From a virus, in IMG/VR virus record IMGVR_UViG_3300037851_000359, positions 72,759-136,758 of that record: DNA of 64,000 bases; one strand, 5' to 3'. Below are positions 57,079-64,000 of the stretch, in pieces. A program made the translations under genes and the position numbers. The notes below the pieces were generated by a model, which was given only the letters and a program-made list of their open reading frames with translations, was not told the origin of the DNA and ran no database searches. Numbering within the stretch: the stretch's first letter is position 1; each line of letters begins with the position of its first letter.

Positions 57079-58869
57079 ATGCCCCGTCCTGCACCTGATA
57101 AAAATTCCTTACTTCAAAAATATTTAAATGATTGTCACATCATTTCAATTGATGATCATTTGAAATCATTTAATAATAATACTAAAATCGTTTTAGAATG
57201 TATTAATAAACATACATATACGACTAATATAACCAAAATAATAAGAGGAAATAATCCTAAAATATGCCCACATTGTAAAAATAACCAAAAAAATGCTCAA
57301 AAGGGTATCCCGCTTGAGATTATTCAAAAATTTGCTGATTTAAATAATTTAACATTTAATCCGGTTAAAGATTATTATAAAAGATGGGATGATCATATTA
57401 CTTTTTTTTGTAAATTCGATTCATACTCTTTTATCATTAAATCTTTAGAACATTTTGAAAAATATAATGCTGATAAAAAAATTGTATGTCCACATTGTAC
57501 TCAAAAAAATAAAGGCTTATTATCAGAAAAAGAATTTAAAATACTTATTGAAAGTATTCACTATGAACAAAATAATAATTTTGAATTATTACCAACATAT
57601 GATCTTAATAATACGACAGAAACGATTAAAAATAATCTAATAAATGACCCAAAATGGAATTTAATAACATACACAAATACACAAAATAAAGCTACTTTCC
57701 AATGTAAAACATGCGGAACGGTTAAACAATGCTACCCAAATATGTTATTTAACAATTATAATTGTTTAGGATGTAAACAAATAAACAATAAAAAAATTGT
57801 TTATGAAAAAATTAAAAATATTTTAGGAAAAAGTAATATCTATCCTATTCAATTAAATAATGAAATATTTTTAGATAGTTATACACCTATTCAATTAAAA
57901 TGTAATACTTGTGGATTTGAATTTGAAAAAACTTGGAATAATATTAATCAAGAATCACAAATATATTGTCCTGAATGTTATATTAAAAATCATAGAAAAT
58001 CCCAAAATGAAGTATATGAATGGCTAAAAACAGTTTATCAAGATGAAATTAAACAAGAATATAAAGAATTGGGTATTGAATTGGATATTTTTATTCCAGA
58101 TAAAAAAATAGCTATTGAATATTGTGGAAATATTTGGCATTCTACAAAATATAATAAAAATAATAATAAACATAAAAATAAATTAGATATTTGTATTAAA
58201 AATAATATTAGATTATTTACTATATTTGAAGATGAATGGATTTATAAAAAAGAAATATGTAAATCAAGATTATTAAATTGTTTACATAAAATACCTCATA
58301 AATTATTTGCCAGAAAATTAAAAATAAATAAGATTGATACATCAACTGCATTAAAATTTTGTGAAAATAATCATATTCAAGGTAAAGGACAATCTTCTAT
58401 AGCATATGGATTATTTGATGATGATAAATTAGTTTCTGTTATGACATTTAGTAAACCATCAATTAGCAAAAATACTGATGAATATTATGATTATGAATTA
58501 AATAGATTTTGTTCATTATTAAATTATAATATTATTGGTGGCGCATCAAAATTATTAAAACAATTTATAAAAGATATCAAACCATCGAAATTATTAACAT
58601 TTTGTGATTTACGTTGGGGTATTGGAAATGTTTATGAAAAATTGGGATTTTCTTTAGTTACTGAAACAAAAATAAATTATTATTATTGTGGTCCATCAAC
58701 GAATTGGCAACGCAAGCATAGATTTAATTATTGTAAACATAAAATATTATCTAAATATCCTCATATGGATAAAAATAAGACAGAATTTGAATTAACCGAA
58801 GAATTAAATTTATATCAAATTTATGATTGTGGGCACAAAAAATTTGAAATGATTTTTAATAATAAATAG
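57079..58869 (+). CDS. putative homing endonuclease (Zn-ribbon repeats, DUF559/Vsr-like nuclease, Hef-like C-terminal domain); start probably ATG 57079
   Basis: Repeated C-x2-C...CPxC; ELDIFIPDKKIAIEYCGNIWHS, IFEDEW; C-terminal NHIQG, ELNRFC, GGASKL, IYDCG. Confidence 0.8.
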   Translation: MPRPAPDKNSLLQKYLNDCHIISIDDHLKSFNNNTKIVLECINKHTYTTNITKIIRGNNPKICPHCKNNQKNAQKGIPLEIIQKFADLNNLTFNPVKDYYKRWDDHITFFCKFDSYSFIIKSLEHFEKYNADKKIVCPHCTQKNKGLLSEKEFKILIESIHYEQNNNFELLPTYDLNNTTETIKNNLINDPKWNLITYTNTQNKATFQCKTCGTVKQCYPNMLFNNYNCLGCKQINNKKIVYEKIKNILGKSNIYPIQLNNEIFLDSYTPIQLKCNTCGFEFEKTWNNINQESQIYCPECYIKNHRKSQNEVYEWLKTVYQDEIKQEYKELGIELDIFIPDKKIAIEYCGNIWHSTKYNKNNNKHKNKLDICIKNNIRLFTIFEDEWIYKKEICKSRLLNCLHKIPHKLFARKLKINKIDTSTALKFCENNHIQGKGQSSIAYGLFDDDKLVSVMTFSKPSISKNTDEYYDYELNRFCSLLNYNIIGGASKLLKQFIKDIKPSKLLTFCDLRWGIGNVYEKLGFSLVTETKINYYYCGPSTNWQRKHRFNYCKHKILSKYPHMDKNKTEFELTEELNLYQIYDCGHKKFEMIFNNK

Positions 58870-58900
58870 ATTTAAAATTTATTATAAATACATAACAAAG

Positions 58901-59278
58901 GTGCTTGTTATGTATGATAAAACCATTGCTAATGACTTTAGAATATACGAGATAACAATCCCTGATTCTCCTTCATTAGTAATTAATTTATTATCTGCTT
59001 CTGATAGAAATGATTATGAGAGTATTGTTTCTGGATCTGGCTTAGTTACTACTCGACCATTAGAAGGAAGGCCGCGACAACAATATGTAAGAACTGTTGT
59101 TGATGGATATATTTTAACTACTATTAGTGGATTTTATATTGCCCATAAAATTGATGGGGCGTATGAATTTAATGATAAAAATTTGCAATATACAAATCCA
59201 GTATATTTTTGGCCAGAAAAAACGTGGATTAAAACTGATTCCCCAATACCCGGTATAATAAGAATTTTCTTTTCTTAA
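58901..59278 (+). CDS. hypothetical late/virion protein
   Basis: TATAAATA at 58883-58890; upstream of the fibre-like gene. Confidence 0.6.
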   Translation: MLVMYDKTIANDFRIYEITIPDSPSLVINLLSASDRNDYESIVSGSGLVTTRPLEGRPRQQYVRTVVDGYILTTISGFYIAHKIDGAYEFNDKNLQYTNPVYFWPEKTWIKTDSPIPGIIRIFFS

Positions 59279-59292
59279 AGGTATAAAGTAAA

Positions 59293-62200
59293 ATGCCCGT
59301 TTATATACCTCCTAGATCAAATGCGGTCGGCACTGGTGGCGGTTCCATTAGTGGGGATTTCTACACTAAATCAGAATCAGACGCAAGATTTGTTAATGTA
59401 ACTGGAACTGAAAATATTGGCGGGGTTAAAACCTTTACTGCTAATACAAATTTTAATGAAAATGTTATTATACAAAAAGATTTAACAATAAATGGCACGG
59501 TAATTGAAAACTTGAGAGTTGAAGATGATATTATTATAATTAATTCGGGTGAAATTGGGCCTGGAGTTAGTGCTGGTATTGCCGGATTTTATGTTGATCG
59601 TGGTGCAGGAGAAGATACTGCAAAATTGTTATTTTATGAAAATAATCTTGGGGATGCTGATAATAGATGGTATCTTGATAACGGAACTGGATCTGTAAAT
59701 AAAATAATATATGATAATTTTCCAGATGAAATAACAATTAATAATAATTTAAAAATAACAAGTTTGCCAATATCAGGAGTTGCAAATTTTCTTACTTATG
59801 ATTCAACTGGATTAATTAAAGATAGTGGGATAAATACAAATACAATTCAAACCCAAATCAATAATTCCATCACTAATTATACATTATTGACAACTACAGC
59901 AACATTGACCGCAAATTTGCAAACCCAAATTAATAATATTTCTGAAGAATCCACCGTTATTATTCCTGGCTATGGGGTTTCTGTAATTGAATCCCCAATT
60001 CAAACTTGGACTGTTTCTGTTACTGGACAATTTACAGACAATAACTTAAGAACCGAAATTGAATCAATTACAGCAAATTTTGAAAATAGACTAACGGATT
60101 TAGAAAACAACCCAATTCCTGATATTTTTAGAAGTGAAGTTACAAGTGTTTCTAGCAATTTGCAAACACAAATTAATAATATTTCTGCAAATTATGCAAC
60201 CGTAACTTATGTTAATAATATTTCAATCAATCTTCAAACCAATATTAATAATCTTGATATAGAATTAACCACATTAATAGAAAATGTTTCCGGCAATTTA
60301 CAAAATCAAATAGACAATAAAACAAATATCTCAGATTTGAATAATTATACATTATTAACAACCACGGCAACATTAACTGGAAATTTACAATCACAAATAA
60401 ATTCAATTAATAATGGTTCATTAGATACTCGTTATGTTAATATAACTGGCGATACAATGACTGGTCAATTAGTATTTAATAATGCTGGAATCCAATTAGA
60501 TACTGATTATACTCCTACACATTCTGAAGGCAAATTATTTTATGATACTAATTTCCATACTTTAGCATATTATAATGATAATTCAGATATTACTGTTAAT
60601 GTTGGTCAAGAAAGTATTGTAAGAGTTAGAAATAATACTGGTGAATTGATACCAAATGGGGCAGTTGTTTGTATTAGTGGGGCATTAGGAAGTAATCCAA
60701 CAATCATTAAAGCAGATTATTCAACAACTAATTCACATCATACATTAGGTGTTGCAACCCATGATATTTCAGATAATGAAAATGGTTATGTGACTACTAG
60801 TGGTCGTGTTAATGGATTAAATACGAATAGTTTTAGTGATGAGGGTATTGAATTATACTTAGGACCGAATGGAACCTTTATTGAAACAGTTCCAGATTAT
60901 CCTAATCATAGAATAAAGATTGGAACATTAATCAGAAAAAATGATACAGAAGGTAGTATATTAGTAGATATTCAATGCGGAGTTGATTTAGATGATGTTC
61001 ATGATGTGGTTTTAAATAATCCTAGCAATGGTGATGTATTATCATATGATGGTTCAAAATGGGTTAATAATAATATTTTAGAGGGATTAAAAGAACCCAC
61101 AGGATTTGAAAATCGTACAGATTCTTCAATAAGTTTTGATATTGGTACATTAACATTTTCAATTTCAGGGAATCATAATATTTATTCTCATGGTATTAAA
61201 TATTCAAAATCATCTGCAACCCAAGTTATTAATAATGCTGTAGGTGCCCATTATATTTATTATGATTTAAATGGTAATTTAACATATTCACAAACTGTTT
61301 GGGATTTATCGACAAATATTCCAATAACTTATATATATCTAGATTCTACATTAACAAAGGCTTTATTATTTGAAGAACGACATGGTTCCGTAATGGATGC
61401 GGAAACTCATAGATATTTACATTTTACCCAAGGGGCACAATTTAAATCAGGTTTGACTATTGCTGATTATGTTTTAAATAGCGACACGGTAGATGATAAT
61501 AAATATTCTATAACATCTGGGGAAATATTTGATGAAGATATTTTAAATAGTATTCCAGGCGTTGCTGATGGTGGTCCTTATAAGGTTGCGTATCGTACTG
61601 GAGTTAATGGTGAATGGACTTGGAGTACCACCGAAAGTTATCCATATTTTATTAATGCAAATAGCATAAGATATAACCAATATACTGGTGCAACATGGCA
61701 ATTAACTGATATTACTACTAATAATAGATGGGTTAATTATTATATAATTGCTTCGAATGCTTTAAATGATGGCATTTTAATAATTCCTGGGCAAGCAATT
61801 TATACATCATTAGCATTAGCTCAGGCAGAATCAATAGCATCATTATCGTTGGGAAGTTTTCCAAGTGTTGAAACTGTTGCTGTATATCAAGTAACCCATC
61901 AATTTAGTAGTTCTTATGCTACTGCAAATGGTCGTGCGAGAATAGTTGCAGTAGCGAATATTAAAAATCAAAAAATAAATGTTACCTTAACTTCAAATAA
62001 TAATCATAATAATTTATCTGGATTAGAAGGGGGTACTACTGGTGAATATTTCCATTTAACAGAGACACAATACCTAGATTATATTGGAAAAACAGAAGTT
62101 TCTAATATTTCTGGAAATCTTCAAACTCAAATAAATAATAAAGCAAATTCTTCAGATTTAAATAACTATACACTATTAACTACTACTGCCTCATTAACTG

Positions 62201-62664
62201 GACAACTCCAATCACAAATTGACAATATTGATCTTAATAAATTAACGGATGTTACGGTAACAACTCCTTCAAGTGGTCAGTTATTATCATATAATGGATC
62301 ACAATGGATAAATAAAAATAATACAAGAAATATAGGGTTTAATATTTTATCAACAACAGTTATTACTAGTGGAACAAAGGACACGATGGTTATATGTCCA
62401 TTTAATGGAAATATAATTAATTGGGCAGCAACATGTTCCCCATCTTCAAATGTAATATTAGATATTCTAAAAGCAAATAATAGTGTTCCTACAACTTCTA
62501 TAATAACTTCAGGGTATCCAACTATAAATAATCAAATAAACATGTCTACTGATGTGATTGGATGGAATACTTCGGTTTCTGCAAATGATATATTTAAAGT
62601 TAGAGTTAATTCAAATACAAATGCTTCAATAATAACACTTCAAATAGGAATAAACGAATTATGA
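59293..62664 (+). CDS. tail-fibre-like/virion structural protein with NLQxQI coiled-coil repeats
   Basis: YTKSESDARF, RYVNITGDTMTG, LDDVHDV...GDVLSYDGSKWVN, LTDV...GQLLSYNGSQWIN; repeated NYTLLTTTA(T/S)LT. Confidence 0.75.
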   Translation: MPVYIPPRSNAVGTGGGSISGDFYTKSESDARFVNVTGTENIGGVKTFTANTNFNENVIIQKDLTINGTVIENLRVEDDIIIINSGEIGPGVSAGIAGFYVDRGAGEDTAKLLFYENNLGDADNRWYLDNGTGSVNKIIYDNFPDEITINNNLKITSLPISGVANFLTYDSTGLIKDSGINTNTIQTQINNSITNYTLLTTTATLTANLQTQINNISEESTVIIPGYGVSVIESPIQTWTVSVTGQFTDNNLRTEIESITANFENRLTDLENNPIPDIFRSEVTSVSSNLQTQINNISANYATVTYVNNISINLQTNINNLDIELTTLIENVSGNLQNQIDNKTNISDLNNYTLLTTTATLTGNLQSQINSINNGSLDTRYVNITGDTMTGQLVFNNAGIQLDTDYTPTHSEGKLFYDTNFHTLAYYNDNSDITVNVGQESIVRVRNNTGELIPNGAVVCISGALGSNPTIIKADYSTTNSHHTLGVATHDISDNENGYVTTSGRVNGLNTNSFSDEGIELYLGPNGTFIETVPDYPNHRIKIGTLIRKNDTEGSILVDIQCGVDLDDVHDVVLNNPSNGDVLSYDGSKWVNNNILEGLKEPTGFENRTDSSISFDIGTLTFSISGNHNIYSHGIKYSKSSATQVINNAVGAHYIYYDLNGNLTYSQTVWDLSTNIPITYIYLDSTLTKALLFEERHGSVMDAETHRYLHFTQGAQFKSGLTIADYVLNSDTVDDNKYSITSGEIFDEDILNSIPGVADGGPYKVAYRTGVNGEWTWSTTESYPYFINANSIRYNQYTGATWQLTDITTNNRWVNYYIIASNALNDGILIIPGQAIYTSLALAQAESIASLSLGSFPSVETVAVYQVTHQFSSSYATANGRARIVAVANIKNQKINVTLTSNNNHNNLSGLEGGTTGEYFHLTETQYLDYIGKTEVSNISGNLQTQINNKANSSDLNNYTLLTTTASLTGQLQSQIDNIDLNKLTDVTVTTPSSGQLLSYNGSQWINKNNTRNIGFNILSTTVITSGTKDTMVICPFNGNIINWAATCSPSSNVILDILKANNSVPTTSIITSGYPTINNQINMSTDVIGWNTSVSANDIFKVRVNSNTNASIITLQIGINEL

Positions 62665-63104
62665 GTGAAACATTAGAGCAAAAAGTATTAGAATATCCTC
62701 TATTAAATGATTGGCAATTATCAGAATTGTTGAATACCCCCGATGAATCATTACCTAATAAAAAAATAAAACTTGATGTTTCATTAATGAGAGGGATATT
62801 ATTAAAAAACGGAGAATGGTTAAATATTGAACTAGGATCTCAAAATCATTCTGACCCAAATGTAAAAAATATTTGTATGCTAACTATGAGAACCATGGAA
62901 TATACTCATAATTTAGATACTGATGAAACAGAAACGATGGCCACAATAGAAAATATGGCAAACACGTTAGTTAATGTTAATTTAATATCTGAAGTTACAA
63001 AAAATAAAATACTAAATTTGACAAATCGTTATCAATCATGGGCAGAATATAATAATGTTTTAGTAACACCAAGAACAGTCGGAATAGCCAGAGGGGGTAA
63101 CTGA
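62661..63104 (+). CDS. hypothetical protein (fibre-associated)
   Basis: Coupled ORF following the fibre gene. Confidence 0.6.
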   Translation: MSETLEQKVLEYPLLNDWQLSELLNTPDESLPNKKIKLDVSLMRGILLKNGEWLNIELGSQNHSDPNVKNICMLTMRTMEYTHNLDTDETETMATIENMANTLVNVNLISEVTKNKILNLTNRYQSWAEYNNVLVTPRTVGIARGGN

Positions 63105-63544
63105 TGGCAACTATAGCAGTTTGGGGCGATCCGTCAACCGAATCCTCAAATATTGCCGGGACGGCATTGAATAGTCTAGCTACTGGTAGTCTTAGTGCTA
63201 TCTTAGCAGACGTTGACAATAGTGTGAATAAACATTTTAATATTGCTTTTTGGATAAAATTAGGTAGTATAACTCCATCATCAGGAGGATCAATAACGAT
63301 TAGATTGATATGCAAAAGGGGATCAACATATACTGATAGAAATGCCACAATTTTTACGGGTGAATTTCAAACGGTTGGATTGACTACTACAACATCAGCA
63401 AAAGAAATATCTACTTGTACTATGAGGATTCCTGGTCCTGGCATATATGGAATTGAAATTGTTAATAACAGTGGTGTCACATTAGCATCATCTGGAAATG
63501 AAGTTTATTATAGAACTTGGCCAGAAGAGATAAAAAATGCCTAG
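63104..63544 (+). CDS. hypothetical beta-rich virion protein
   Basis: ALNSLATG and IVNNSGVTLASSGN; coupled ORF. Confidence 0.6.
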   Translation: MATIAVWGDPSTESSNIAGTALNSLATGSLSAILADVDNSVNKHFNIAFWIKLGSITPSSGGSITIRLICKRGSTYTDRNATIFTGEFQTVGLTTTTSAKEISTCTMRIPGPGIYGIEIVNNSGVTLASSGNEVYYRTWPEEIKNA

Positions 63545-64000
63545 AATATCAAATCGTTATAAAGACTCACAATGGCAACGACGTTTATGGAAACCCTGTC
63601 TACTTGGTGGGGTTGCCAGTCATTGGTCTGCCAGAGAACTTTCTAAAATTACTTTAGTTAGCGGGAAAGCATCAGAGTTAAAATCCCCGTGCGGGTTTAC
63701 AATGACTCAAACGGATGCAAATAAAAGAGCAACATTATCAACCTTTTTAGGAGGACCAGCTTTATATTTTGATGGTGTTGATGATGAATATAGTTTTGCT
63801 AGTTTCCAAACCCCATGGTCGATGTTCATAGTCAACAAGTCTGACGAAATCGCAGGCGACACAACGCGATTTACCTACGCGGGAGGTCCAGCGGACTATG
63901 TGCCTATCTGCTTATCTACCGATGCTGTTACAAATACTTGGCGTTTTGCCGGAGTAAACTACAACGGTGATCAAATACCTTCTTTCGTCAATGGCTCACC
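63537..64000 (+). CDS. partial ORF, concanavalin A/LamG-like structural or receptor-binding protein
   Basis: Hand translation MPRISNRY...ASHWSA...MTQTDANKRA...GGPALYFDGVDD...SMFIV; open to the window edge; not in the ORF track. Confidence 0.55.
   Translation, partial: MPRISNRYKDSQWQRRLWKPCLLGGVASHWSARELSKITLVSGKASELKSPCGFTMTQTDANKRATLSTFLGGPALYFDGVDDEYSFASFQTPWSMFIVNKSDEIAGDTTRFTYAGGPADYVPICLSTDAVTNTWRFAGVNYNGDQIPSFVNGS

Noticed and set aside
2008-63348. Numerous 60-120 aa ORFs nested in or antisense to conserved genes (e.g. 2008, 7313, 15792, 16698, 17025, 21693, 33237, 38857, 54541, 62995)
   Set aside because: They overlap well-supported genes, lack motifs and RBSs, and are expected by chance.
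1-64000. Stop-codon reassignment as seen in some large phages
   Set aside because: Conserved genes are full length in the standard code and end in TAA, TGA and TAG; coding density is high.

Overview
This 64 kb window is a very AT-rich fragment of a large T4-like (myovirus-type) dsDNA phage genome and uses the standard genetic code. The left half holds a T4-style replication and recombination module: topoisomerase subunits, primase, RegA, clamp and clamp loader, gp32, gp59, helicase, UvsX/Y/W, a B-family polymerase, dUTPase, RuvC and gp55. Embedded in it are a dTDP-rhamnose pathway (RmlB plus a fused RmlC-RmlD), three glycosyltransferases, a J-domain protein and a membrane Hanks-type Ser/Thr kinase that suggests a PVC-superphylum host. 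The right half has class II RNR (with an HNH intein), gp46/47, RNase H, the head module (gp4, portal, protease, scaffold, MCP) and the first fibre-like genes. Main highlights: (1) the DNA polymerase is fractured at the YxDTD|S active-site motif by a naturally split intein, with a free-standing endonuclease between the halves; (2) a dispersed set of late-promoter genes carries T4-like capsid-targeting and protease-cleavage signatures, and includes two paralogous ADP-ribosyltransferase-like domains and a protein bearing a copy of the predicted mature MCP N-terminus; (3) a 700-bp non-coding locus combines a promoter, a structured RNA, G-tracts, AT-rich tandem repeats and hairpins (candidate RNA-primed origin); (4) sigma70-like promoters almost all have 16-bp spacers, and a stand-alone sigma region-4 protein sits at the gp33 position. 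All calls come from motif recognition and synteny; no database searches were run.
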